Of a stretch of 54,160 bases of DNA, positions 29,709 to 39,073 are shown one piece after another (the stretch's first letter is position 1; each line of letters starts with the position of its first letter). This DNA comes from an uncultured Hyphomicrobiales bacterium. GTDB taxonomy: Bacteria > Pseudomonadota > Alphaproteobacteria > Rhizobiales > Aestuariivirgaceae. The translations under genes and the position numbers were made by a program. The notes under the pieces were generated by a model. The model saw nothing but the letters and a program-made list of their open reading frames with translations, had not been told where the DNA came from and searched no databases. The stretch is from NCBI GenBank assembly GCA_902826365.1, contig CADEEO010000003.1:1-54160 (forward strand), given 5' to 3'.

Positions 29709-31430
29709 ATGAACCAACTGCTCACAATATTTTTGAACGCCGAAGGCACCCGGCCCTGGCTTGTCCTGGCCTGCCTGCTGCTCGCCAGCTATCCCGAAGC
29801 GCTGGGCATAGGCACATTCCTGCCGGCCATTAACGCAATCCTCGGCAATAATGCCAATGACATGACAGGTATGAGCCTTCACATAAAAACGTTCATTGAG
29901 TCGCTTGGAATCGAGGCAAACCTCGGCAATCTGCTCATTGTCATTGTGTCCTTGCTCACATTGAAGGCAGTGATTGCATTCGGGGCGCTTTCATACTCGG
30001 GAATAACTGGCGCGCGCGTGGCGATAAACCTGCGCCGCAAGCTTATCAAGGCCATATTTGACGCGCGCTGGAGTTTCTATGCAGATCAGAGTGGCGGGCG
30101 CTTTGCCAACGCCATCAGCAATGATGCCACGCGCGCCGGCGATGCTTATCAGTTCGCCGCGGTCGTTGTGGCGGGGATCCTGCAGCTGGTGACTTATGCC
30201 ATCGTGGCTATTGTCATTGACTGGCGCATTGCCCTTTTGGGCGGCATTGCCGGGCTTATCTTGACCCTCGTGATGAACACGCTCGTTCGCATTTCAAAGC
30301 AGGCGGGCTATAAACAGAGAGACCGCGTCTCAAGCCTCACCATAGACATGGTGGATATGCTCAACAACATCAAGGCGCTGAAATCCATGGACCGCTATGG
30401 GCCGCTCGTGCAGGGCCTGTCAGGCCTCCTTAGGCGCATCAAACGCAGCCTGATTACCATCCAGCTTGCACGGCAAGGCGTAACGCAGGGAAGCGATGCG
30501 CTGGTGATCATCATGACGGGCATCCTCATCTACACCGCCTACGTGCTTTTTGATGCCACCCTGCCGGCATTGCTGATAACAGGCATTGTTTTCTTCCAGA
30601 TCGTCAACAATCTCAACAAACTCCAAAAACAGGTGCAGGCTGCTGTCGTCATTGAGGCATCGTACGTGCGTACCGTGGAGCTTATAGAGAGATCGGAAGA
30701 ACAAAAAGAAGATCATCGGGGCAGCGTCAAGCCTCAACTCGGCGCGGGATGCAGGTTTGAAGGCGTGAGCTTCGCGCACGGCGCCACGCCAGTCATTTCA
30801 AACGCGACATTTGATATTCCCGCTAACAAGATCACCGTGCTGCAGGGGCCATCGGGTTCTGGGAAAACCACGCTTATTGATTTGCTCATCGGCCTGAACA
30901 CGGCGCAAAAGGGCAAGATCTTCATTGGCAGCCAGCCCATCGAAGTCATTGATATCAAGGCCTGGCGTCAAAGCATTGGCTATGTGCCTCAGGAACTTAT
31001 GTTGTTCCATGACACCATCCATGAAAATATCAGCCTTTCAAACCCGGATATTTCGGCAGAGGCCATCCTTGCCGCCCTGGACCAGGCCGGCGCCAGGGAA
31101 TTCATTGATGCCTTGCCGGACGGCATTGAAACCGATGTGGGCGAAATGGGTGGCAGGCTTTCCGGCGGGCAGCGCCAACGCATTGCGCTCGCCCGCGCCC
31201 TTGTGACAAATCCCAAAATTCTTATTCTTGATGAAGTCACCAGCGCCCTTGATCCGGAAACGGAAGCTGAGATCGTAAGCAACATCGCCTCGCTGCGTGG
31301 GCGTTATACGATCATTGCCATTACCCACCGGCCCGCTTGGACAAAAATTGCCGACAGGCTTTATACCATTTCAAAGGGCCATGTTTCAGCACCGAAAACA
31401 CCGCCAAAGTCCAAGAGCGCAAAACGATGA
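29709..31430 (+). CDS. MsbA-like ABC exporter (fused TMD + NBD)
   Basis: N-terminal multi-TM domain, Walker A GPSGSGKT, Q-loop YVPQ, LSGGQRQRIALARAL, Walker B ILILDE, H-loop ITH. ATGA overlap with bCerS. Confidence 0.9.
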   Translation: MNQLLTIFLNAEGTRPWLVLACLLLASYPEALGIGTFLPAINAILGNNANDMTGMSLHIKTFIESLGIEANLGNLLIVIVSLLTLKAVIAFGALSYSGITGARVAINLRRKLIKAIFDARWSFYADQSGGRFANAISNDATRAGDAYQFAAVVVAGILQLVTYAIVAIVIDWRIALLGGIAGLILTLVMNTLVRISKQAGYKQRDRVSSLTIDMVDMLNNIKALKSMDRYGPLVQGLSGLLRRIKRSLITIQLARQGVTQGSDALVIIMTGILIYTAYVLFDATLPALLITGIVFFQIVNNLNKLQKQVQAAVVIEASYVRTVELIERSEEQKEDHRGSVKPQLGAGCRFEGVSFAHGATPVISNATFDIPANKITVLQGPSGSGKTTLIDLLIGLNTAQKGKIFIGSQPIEVIDIKAWRQSIGYVPQELMLFHDTIHENISLSNPDISAEAILAALDQAGAREFIDALPDGIETDVGEMGGRLSGGQRQRIALARALVTNPKILILDEVTSALDPETEAEIVSNIASLRGRYTIIAITHRPAWTKIADRLYTISKGHVSAPKTPPKSKSAKR

Positions 31431-32560
31431 GTGTCAGTGTCAGGCCCGTTTTGTCAAAGCAGGATAAAAAACTGTTTCTTGATGTGCCCTTCGCACTTTA
31501 TGGCAAGGGTTCGAACTGGGTTGCGCCGCTCTACTTTGAGCGCTTCGAGCACCTCAATCTGAAAAAGAATCCTTATTTTCAGCATGGCGAAGCCCAGCTC
31601 TTTCTGGCGGAAGTGGACGGCAAGCCCATTGGCCGTATTTCCGCCCAGGTCGACCGCCTGCACCTCGAGCGTTACAATGATGCCACGGGCCAGTTTGGCT
31701 TTCTCGAAGCACCTAATGATCCCGCCATATTTACCGCCCTCTTTGCGGCGGCCGAAGGCTGGCTGAAATCGCGGAACATGAAACGTGCGCGCGGTCCCTT
31801 CAGCTTTTCAATCAATGATGAAATGGGCCTGCTTGTCGATGGCTTTGACAGCCCGCCAAACATGATGATGGGTCATGCCCTGCCCTATTACGCGGCCCGC
31901 GTTGAAGACGCAGGCTTCACCAAGGCCAAGGACGTTATTGCCTACCACTATGATGGCAGAACGCCGCTTCGGAAGCCGCTTTCCGTGGCCTATGAGCGGG
32001 CGATGAGATCGCCAGATATTGAGGTTCGCCCCCTCGACAAGAAAAACCTTGCGCGCGACCTGGATATTATCCTGTCGATCCACAGTGATGCCTGGTCCGA
32101 TAATTGGGGCTTCATTCCCTTCACCCCGGAGGAAATCAGGGTCCTGGGCGACAATCTGAAAATTCTCGTGAACAAGAACTATATCGCCATCGCCAGCTAC
32201 AAGGGTGTTCCTGCGGCCTTTTCGGTCACGCTTCCAAACATCAACGAGTGGATTGCGGGACTGAATGGCAAGCTGTTGCCGTTGGGCTGGGCAAAGCTTG
32301 TGTGGAAACTTTTTGGAAGCGCGCCCAATTCTGTCCGCATGCCCCTCATGGGGGTCCGCAAGGAATATCACGGGACATTGACCGGATCCTCCCTCGCTCT
32401 CGCAGTAATTGAAACCGTGCGCCGCTATCACGTCTCGCGGGGCACTTGCCATGGCGAGCTCTCCTGGATTCTGGAAGACAACCGGCCCATGCGCCATATG
32501 ATCGAGGCGCTGGGAGCAACGCCCTACAAGACCTATCGCATTTACGAAAAGGCGCTCTAG
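31427..32560 (+). CDS. bcerS: Bacterial ceramide synthase (GNAT-fold)
   Basis: GRISAQ, GQFGFLE, RGPFSFSINDEMGLLVDGF, DAWSDNWGF, ELSWILEDN, YKTYRIY, typical of the family often mis-annotated as dATP pyrophosphohydrolase; same locus as spt, acp and cerR. Confidence 0.8.
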   Translation: MSVSVRPVLSKQDKKLFLDVPFALYGKGSNWVAPLYFERFEHLNLKKNPYFQHGEAQLFLAEVDGKPIGRISAQVDRLHLERYNDATGQFGFLEAPNDPAIFTALFAAAEGWLKSRNMKRARGPFSFSINDEMGLLVDGFDSPPNMMMGHALPYYAARVEDAGFTKAKDVIAYHYDGRTPLRKPLSVAYERAMRSPDIEVRPLDKKNLARDLDIILSIHSDAWSDNWGFIPFTPEEIRVLGDNLKILVNKNYIAIASYKGVPAAFSVTLPNINEWIAGLNGKLLPLGWAKLVWKLFGSAPNSVRMPLMGVRKEYHGTLTGSSLALAVIETVRRYHVSRGTCHGELSWILEDNRPMRHMIEALGATPYKTYRIYEKAL

Positions 32561-33336
32561 TGGCGAAAACCTGGACAGCGGTTGTCCTGGCCGCCGGAAG
32601 GGGCCCGGATGATCCCATGGCGAAAGCCTATGGCGTAAGCCATAAATGCGCCCTGCCCGTGAATGGCGTGCCCATGCTGCGGCGGGTCGTGAACGCCCTG
32701 CAAAAATCACAGTCGATCACCTCCATTGCCATCTCCATTGAAAGCCCGGCCATTGCGCATCAGGCCCTGGCCAAAAAAGACGCACGAATTGCCGTCATAT
32801 CCTCGGAAAGCTCCGCCCCCCTCTCCGCCATTGTTGCCATCAGGAAAAGCTCCAGTTTCCCGGTGCTGGTCACAACCGCGGACCACGCCTTGCTGACGCC
32901 GGAGATGGTCGATTATTTCTGCGAACACGCCGAACGCAACGGCGCGGATTTTTCCGCCGGGCTGGCTCGGGCGGAAGTGATCATTAAAGCCTATCCGCAA
33001 TCCGTTCGCACCTTCTTCAAATTCGGCAAGGACCGCGTGTCGGGCTGCAATCTTTTTGCCATTGCTAATGAAAACGGTCTTCGTATTCTTGAGAAATGGC
33101 AATACCTCGAACAGTCGCGGAAAAAGCCCTGGCGTCTGGCTGCCGCCTTCGGCCCCCTTGCGCTCATTCGCTTTGCGCTGGGCGCCCTGTCTCTCGACGG
33201 CGCGTTCAGGACTGTTTCAAGCAGGCTTGGGCTCACCGCAAAACCGGTTCTCATGCCCTTTGCCGAGGCCGCCATTGATGTGGACAAGCCATCTGATCTT
33301 CAATTGGCCGAGGCAATTCTGAAGCTGCGAGGCTAA
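32560..33336 (+). CDS. MobA-like NTP transferase domain protein
   Basis: AVVLAAGRG..DP, HK, TTADHALL, SGCNLF, AIDVDKPSD. GTG start overlaps the bCerS stop. Confidence 0.82.
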   Translation: MAKTWTAVVLAAGRGPDDPMAKAYGVSHKCALPVNGVPMLRRVVNALQKSQSITSIAISIESPAIAHQALAKKDARIAVISSESSAPLSAIVAIRKSSSFPVLVTTADHALLTPEMVDYFCEHAERNGADFSAGLARAEVIIKAYPQSVRTFFKFGKDRVSGCNLFAIANENGLRILEKWQYLEQSRKKPWRLAAAFGPLALIRFALGALSLDGAFRTVSSRLGLTAKPVLMPFAEAAIDVDKPSDLQLAEAILKLRG

Positions 33337-34064
33337 ACCCAGCTGGCAACCAATTGCCGCGCCTGCTGCAAGTCAACCGGAAAATCCACCTCGCACCATT
33401 GCAGTCCGTTGATCGGGATGGTGCGGATTTCGATTTTCTTGGCAAGCGAGCCGATGGCCGAAGGAAACCATTGCTTCAGGGCCTGCGGGTCGCGCATGAC
33501 CCGCTCCAGTGTTTCAACATAGGCCCGGGAACCTGCGCCGCGGAAAACATAGAAGCCGATGGCTTCCGCATCCACCGTATCAACCGGCAGGGTCTTGCCG
33601 ATTTCGGTGAGGCGGCCACGGTCAAGAATGACTTTCATGTCATCGCTGTCGTAGGCCTGCTTGAGATTGGTGGCCACGCCTACCGGAACAACCGGGGCTG
33701 CGAGGAGCTTCTCGACCAGATCGCCGCGAAATACATTGTCGCCGTTCACCTGGATGAAATCGCCCGTCATGGCCGCCCGCGCCATCCAGCAGCTCGCCAG
33801 ATTGTCGGCAACCGCATAGAAGGGATTAAACACGGTAGTGATCGCAACGCCCAGGCTTTGGCCGATTCTCGCCAGGGCCTCCTCCATGCGTTGCGCGCCA
33901 TAGCCGGTGACGACCGTGAAATCCTTGAGGCCCCGCGCCGCGAAGGCCTCGATCTGCCGCTCAACTAGCGTCTTGCCCCCGATATCAAGGAGGGCCTTGG
34001 GAACTTCCGTGGTCAGTGGCAATAGCCGTTTGCCCTGGCCTGCTGCAAGAATAACTATACGCAC
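33333..34064 (-). CDS. LicC-like cytidylyltransferase (CpgD-like candidate)
   Basis: ILAAGQGKRL.PLT..PKALL, VVTGY, NPFY..ADNL.S, NGDNVF, DDMKV, WCEVDFPVD. GTG start at 34064 is probable. Confidence 0.8.
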   Translation of the reverse strand: MRIVILAAGQGKRLLPLTTEVPKALLDIGGKTLVERQIEAFAARGLKDFTVVTGYGAQRMEEALARIGQSLGVAITTVFNPFYAVADNLASCWMARAAMTGDFIQVNGDNVFRGDLVEKLLAAPVVPVGVATNLKQAYDSDDMKVILDRGRLTEIGKTLPVDTVDAEAIGFYVFRGAGSRAYVETLERVMRDPQALKQWFPSAIGSLAKKIEIRTIPINGLQWCEVDFPVDLQQARQLVASWV

Positions 34065-34149
34065 AATGCTTGAATCCACGCCTGACAGAAGAGTAAGTAC
34101 GGACTGCTCATTCGCACCCGATTCCCCGGAAGTCAACGGAAGCTAAGAT

Positions 34150-35055
34150 TTGGCCCTAACGCTCGCTCATCTCTCGGATGTCCATTTAGGGCCTTTGCCG
34201 CCAGGCGCCGCATGGGAAAACTTTGCCCTGAAACGCCTTGTTGGCGCGCTGAACTGGAAATTGCGGCGGCACAAGCAGCATGATCCCGTCATTTCCAGTG
34301 CCCTTGTTGCCGATATCAAGGCCGCAGGCCCCGATCACGTGGCCTTCACCGGCGACCTGATGAACGTATCGGCCTATGCCGAATTTCCCCGTGCCGCGCG
34401 CTGGCTGCAAAACTTCGGCGATCCCGCCTGGATATCCTATGTGCCGGGAAACCATGACGCCTACGTGCCCGTGCCGTGGGAATATGGCTTGGCCCATCTC
34501 GCTCCTTACATGACCGGGGACATGGCTGCCGCGGGTTCCCAATCCTCATTTCCCTATGTGCGCTTGCGCCGGAACCTGGCCATCATCGGCTTGAATTCCG
34601 GTGTGCCCCAATCCCTGCGTAAGGCAGGAGGTTCCCTCGGCCCCAAGCAGCTTGAGGCCCTGCCCGGGCTTCTCAATGACCTGAAGGCCAAGGGCTACTA
34701 CCGCGCCGTCATGATTCATCATCCGCCCCTGCCCGGCCTCGCACCGCCGCGAAAAGCCCTCAGCGATGCCGCCCGCTTGCGCGATATACTGGCAAGCGAA
34801 GGGGCGGAACTGGTGCTGCATGGGCACAATCACCGCCAGATGCTTAATGTTCTTTCAGGGCGCAGCGGCAATATCCCCGTTATCGGCGTGCCATCCACCT
34901 CCATGAATGGCACGGGCCACGCCGAGCCCGCTGCCTGGAACCTCTATGAAATAAGCCGGAACCAGGGCACATGGGTGACCGAAGTTACAATAAGGGCATG
35001 GGATTCCATATCCCGCCGCTTGGTGCCCAAAAACCAATTCACGCTTCCTTCCTGA
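34150..35055 (+). CDS. Calcineurin-like metallophosphoesterase
   Basis: HLSDVH, TGDL, PGNHD, HHPP, HGHNH. Confidence 0.9.
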   Translation: MALTLAHLSDVHLGPLPPGAAWENFALKRLVGALNWKLRRHKQHDPVISSALVADIKAAGPDHVAFTGDLMNVSAYAEFPRAARWLQNFGDPAWISYVPGNHDAYVPVPWEYGLAHLAPYMTGDMAAAGSQSSFPYVRLRRNLAIIGLNSGVPQSLRKAGGSLGPKQLEALPGLLNDLKAKGYYRAVMIHHPPLPGLAPPRKALSDAARLRDILASEGAELVLHGHNHRQMLNVLSGRSGNIPVIGVPSTSMNGTGHAEPAAWNLYEISRNQGTWVTEVTIRAWDSISRRLVPKNQFTLPS

Positions 35056-35079
35056 GCCTGCTTCGGGGTAAGTTGGGCC

Positions 35080-35517
35080 ATGAACGCCACGATGCAGAAA
35101 TTTGGCTATCCCGGCAGCCTGGTGAAAGAACACCACCACTGGTGCGTGTTGCTGCGCCCGCAGCAGGTAACGCTTGGCAGCCTGGTTCTCGCCGCAAAAT
35201 CCGATGCCACCGCCTTTTCCGACCTGCCGCCAACGGCCTTCGCCGAACTTTCAATCGTGGTCACCGAGATCGAGCAGAGCCTGCGGAGATTCAGCCCCTA
35301 TGACAAAATCAACTACCTGATGCTGATGATGGTCGATCCGCATGTCCACATGCATGTGGTGCCGCGTTACGCCAAACCGCAGTTCTTTGACGCCGCGGAA
35401 TTTGCCGATGCCGGCTGGCCCGGCCCTCCCGACCTGAAATCCGCCCCCGTGCTGACTGACAAGCTCCGCAAAAACCTGTTATGGACGCTGCAGTTGCGGA
35501 TGTCTGGAGAATCATAG
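35080..35517 (+). CDS. HIT-family nucleotide hydrolase
   Basis: Histidine triad HVHMHVVPR; KINYLMLMMVDP. Confidence 0.88.
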   Translation: MNATMQKFGYPGSLVKEHHHWCVLLRPQQVTLGSLVLAAKSDATAFSDLPPTAFAELSIVVTEIEQSLRRFSPYDKINYLMLMMVDPHVHMHVVPRYAKPQFFDAAEFADAGWPGPPDLKSAPVLTDKLRKNLLWTLQLRMSGES

Positions 35518-35521
35518 GCCT

Positions 35522-36742
35522 GTGCTGACCATTATCGACCGGTATGTTCTCAGGCAGGTGGCAAAGCCGTTGGCGACAGCCATGGCAATCGGCCTGCTCA
35601 TGCTGCTTGCCGAACGGCTGGTGCGCCTGCTTGATACAACGCTCGGCAAGAAGAATTCCTTTGGCGTGGTCTTTGAACTCCTCGCCTATCTTGTGCCCCA
35701 CTATTTGGGAACCGCCATTCCGGCGGCGCTTTTTCTGGGCCTGCTTTTTGGCTTCAGCAAACTGTCGAAGGACAGCGAAATTGACGCCATGATGGCCACG
35801 GGAACAGGCCTGCACCGGCTGACCCGGCCCGTTGTCATGCTGTCAGTGGCGCTGGGAGCCCTCTCGCTTTTCATTGTTGGCTGGCTGCAGCCGCAGTCCC
35901 GCTATGCCTATCGCTCGGTGCTGTTCGACGTCAAGAATGTGGAGGTTTTCTATCTTGCCGAGGAAGGAGTGTTCATGCAGGCAGGCAGCCGCACCTTTAT
36001 CCTGGATAAATTGAACCGCTCCAGCAACACGTTCGACCATGTCTTTCTGTTTGACTACCGGGGTCCTTCCGGGCTTGAAACACTCACCGCTTCATCGGGA
36101 GTTCTGATTCCCGTGGAAGGCCAGCGCCGCCCCATTCTGAGATTGGATAACGGCCATCGGCTGAAACTTGATCGCTGGCCCGCCTTGGACGGCAATGCCG
36201 AAATTCCGCAAGCCAGCGTAGCCGAATTTGCGACAACCGATACGCCGCTTGGGAAAGTGTCAGACAGTATTTTCCGCCCGCGCGGCGAAGATGAGCGGGA
36301 GCTCACCTTGCCTGAACTTTACATGCAGCTCGACGCGCCGCCGAAGGGATCCACGCGCAATTCCATGGTGGCGGAATTGCACCAGAGAATTGTCAATGTG
36401 GTCACCTTCTTCATGTTGCCATTGCTGGCGGTGCCCTTCGCAATTGGCCGCCAGCGCAGCCAGCGCGGCTACCGCTTCGGCATCGCCCTGGTCATTATCG
36501 TGGCCTTCCACGAAATCATCGAGCAGGGCGCCATAGCCACCCGGGTAAGCGGCCTTTCCCCCTGGCTGAGCATGTGGCTGGCTTTCGGGCTGATCACCGC
36601 GTTTGCGATTTGGCGTTTCTACGCGACCTGCTTCACCTTGAAGCCTGACCGCATAGGCAGCGTCATTGACGCGTTTGGCGCAGGCGTCAACCGCTTGTGG
36701 CTTCCGCTGGCGCGGCGAATTGGTTTGGGAGCGCGGCCATGA
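35522..36742 (+). CDS. lptF: LptF-like permease paralogue (YjgP/YjgQ family)
   Basis: IIDRYVLRQ, SKLSKDSEIDAMMATG, three TMs, periplasmic beta region, three TMs. A second-copy paralogue inside the lipid locus. Confidence 0.78.
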   Translation: MLTIIDRYVLRQVAKPLATAMAIGLLMLLAERLVRLLDTTLGKKNSFGVVFELLAYLVPHYLGTAIPAALFLGLLFGFSKLSKDSEIDAMMATGTGLHRLTRPVVMLSVALGALSLFIVGWLQPQSRYAYRSVLFDVKNVEVFYLAEEGVFMQAGSRTFILDKLNRSSNTFDHVFLFDYRGPSGLETLTASSGVLIPVEGQRRPILRLDNGHRLKLDRWPALDGNAEIPQASVAEFATTDTPLGKVSDSIFRPRGEDERELTLPELYMQLDAPPKGSTRNSMVAELHQRIVNVVTFFMLPLLAVPFAIGRQRSQRGYRFGIALVIIVAFHEIIEQGAIATRVSGLSPWLSMWLAFGLITAFAIWRFYATCFTLKPDRIGSVIDAFGAGVNRLWLPLARRIGLGARP

Positions 36743-37812
36743 CGACCATTGGCTGGATGCTCACCCGCATGATCGTGATCCGCTTTCTCGGCATCCTGTT
36801 CGGGATCGCCATTTTTGTGCTGACCCTCGAAGCCATCTCCTACGCCACGGAAATTCTTGCCCTGGAAAAGGGCAGCCCGAGCATCATGTTCAAATACATG
36901 CTGATGCGGGCGCCTTCGACCCTGGCGACATTCCTGCCGATGAGCGTTTTGCTGGCGCTTCTCCTCACTCTTATGGAACTCAGCTACCGCAACGAGATCG
37001 CCGCCATTTGGGCAACAGGCGCTTCGCCGCGCCGCCTGATCGTCATGCTGCTGCCGCTTGCCTTTGTGACCGGCGGCATCAACTTTCTCCTGAATGACCA
37101 GGCCATTCCGTCCGCCGCCCCGAAATTGAAGGAATGGGGCGTGGCCGACTACGGCGAGAAGAAACTGAAGCTCGGTGAGCGCGATCCCATTTGGATGAGA
37201 TCCGGCGACGACATCCTGCGGGCGGCTTCGTCAAACGCGGAGTCCACCGTTCTTGAGGATGTCATCATCTTCCGCCGGGATCCAAACGGCATCCTGCGTG
37301 AACAGATCATTGCCAAGGAGGCAGAGCTGCAGGGCGACCGCTGGAATCTCACGAACGTGATTGTCTATTACCGCGAAAACCTGCCCGCCAGCAGGCTTGA
37401 CCGCATGGTTTATTCCGGGGCCATGAAGCCCGCTGCGGCGGGCGCGCGCTCCGGTGACCCGGAAGAAATGACCATTTCCGACCTGAATTATTTCATCGCC
37501 AATTCAGGTTTTGGAATCCGCCCCGTCTGGGTCTATGAAACTTGGTGGCAAAAGCGCATTTCCCTGTTCTTCGCAACCCTCGTGATGATCGCCATCTGCA
37601 TTCCAATTGCCACCCGCTTTCGCCGTGGCGGCGGCCTTGGCCTGCTGTTTGCAACTGGCGTCGGGCTCGGGTTTCTCTATTTCGTGGCGGACGGCCTGTC
37701 TCTCACCATGGGTGAATTGGGATTTGTAAGCCCCTGGATGGCGGCGTGGATGCCCATCCTGACTTTTGGCGCCCTGGCGACAGCCTTGAGCCTTCGCATC
37801 GACAGAGTGTAG
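36739..37812 (+). CDS. lptG: LptG-like permease paralogue (YjgP/YjgQ family)
   Basis: ELSYRNEIAAIWATGAS, LNDQAIP, ELGFVSPWMAAWMP; ATGA overlap with the lptF-like gene. Confidence 0.78.
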   Translation: MTTIGWMLTRMIVIRFLGILFGIAIFVLTLEAISYATEILALEKGSPSIMFKYMLMRAPSTLATFLPMSVLLALLLTLMELSYRNEIAAIWATGASPRRLIVMLLPLAFVTGGINFLLNDQAIPSAAPKLKEWGVADYGEKKLKLGERDPIWMRSGDDILRAASSNAESTVLEDVIIFRRDPNGILREQIIAKEAELQGDRWNLTNVIVYYRENLPASRLDRMVYSGAMKPAAAGARSGDPEEMTISDLNYFIANSGFGIRPVWVYETWWQKRISLFFATLVMIAICIPIATRFRRGGGLGLLFATGVGLGFLYFVADGLSLTMGELGFVSPWMAAWMPILTFGALATALSLRIDRV

Positions 37813-37813
37813 C

Positions 37814-39073
37814 ATGACGACAAAAGCAAGGGCCAAGCCCGTCAAAAAATCGCCGGTCAAAAGGCTGCAGGGAAAACCAGCGCCACAAGCAGCGATTGCG
37901 CCAAAGCCGGCGGAGCCGAAGTCGTCCATTCATTTCAATCCAGTCCTGTGCATCGTCAATGCCCCGGAACAGAAATTGTGGTCGCTGTCCCTGGAGGAAC
38001 GGCTGAGAAAGCAATTCGCTATTGCCGGCCTCGCCCAAGCCGTGAGTGAAGCAGAAGCAATCGCCCACAATGGCCCCGTCATCCTGGTGCGCGGCGACGC
38101 GGTGATTGACCAGCCCCTCATTCCCGTTCTTCTCAAGCGGCCAAATTTCCTGTTGCTGGGCAATGATGCGGAAAATCAAATGCCGATTGCCGCCAGCGTG
38201 CGCGGCAGCGACGTGTCATCGGCCATCGAAGTCCTGCGTGGAACCAAACCCTTTGCCGCGGCAAAGCTGCTGGCGCGGGCGCCATCGCAGCTCGACATGG
38301 AATTCTGGAAATCGCTGCGCAAGCGGGAAACGCCCTATGCCATTGTTGTCACCGCCGAAAACCGCAGCATCGTTGAATGGCGCATGTTCATGGGCACCTA
38401 CAAGGGCGCCACCGATATCGTGACCAAACACCTGTGGCCCGTGCCGGCATTTTACGCCACGCGCTTTCTGGCCCCGCTCGGCGTAACACCCAACATGGTG
38501 ACGACAGTCGCCGCTCTCATGACAGTCCTGGCATTCTGGTTCTTCCTGAACGGCCAGTTCCTTCCCGGCCTTTTCGCCGCCTGGGCCATGACTTTTCTCG
38601 ACACCGTGGATGGCAAGCTTGCCCGCACCACCCTCACCTCCAGCAAATGGGGCGACTATTTCGATCACGGCATTGATCTCATCCACCCGCCGTTCTGGTA
38701 CGTGGCCTGGGGCTATGGCCTGCTGGCCACCGAAACCCAATGGAGCAACGGGCTTTTCTGGAGCGTGATGGCGGCCATTCTGGGTGGCTACATATTGCAG
38801 CGCGCGATTGAAGGCATCGCCATCAAGTGGCTGGGCCTTGAAATTCACATCTGGCGCTCCATCGATACCTATTTCCGCCAGATCACCGCCCGGCGAAACC
38901 CCAACCTCATTTTGCTGACGCTCTTCACCGCCATTGCAAAGCCCGATTGGGGCCTGCTGGCGGTAGCGAGCTGGACGGTGATTTGCCTTGGCCTGCATGT
39001 TCTTCAGTTGCTGCAGGCCTTTGCCGCAAAACGCCGGGCGGGCCCGCTCACCTCATGGATGACCAAGCCGTGA
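37814..39073 (+). CDS. cpgA: CDP-alcohol phosphatidyltransferase with N-terminal extension (CpgA-like)
   Basis: Signature DTVDGKLAR...GDYFDHGID, plus YKGATDIVTK and TPNMVT. Confidence 0.72.
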   Translation: MTTKARAKPVKKSPVKRLQGKPAPQAAIAPKPAEPKSSIHFNPVLCIVNAPEQKLWSLSLEERLRKQFAIAGLAQAVSEAEAIAHNGPVILVRGDAVIDQPLIPVLLKRPNFLLLGNDAENQMPIAASVRGSDVSSAIEVLRGTKPFAAAKLLARAPSQLDMEFWKSLRKRETPYAIVVTAENRSIVEWRMFMGTYKGATDIVTKHLWPVPAFYATRFLAPLGVTPNMVTTVAALMTVLAFWFFLNGQFLPGLFAAWAMTFLDTVDGKLARTTLTSSKWGDYFDHGIDLIHPPFWYVAWGYGLLATETQWSNGLFWSVMAAILGGYILQRAIEGIAIKWLGLEIHIWRSIDTYFRQITARRNPNLILLTLFTAIAKPDWGLLAVASWTVICLGLHVLQLLQAFAAKRRAGPLTSWMTKP

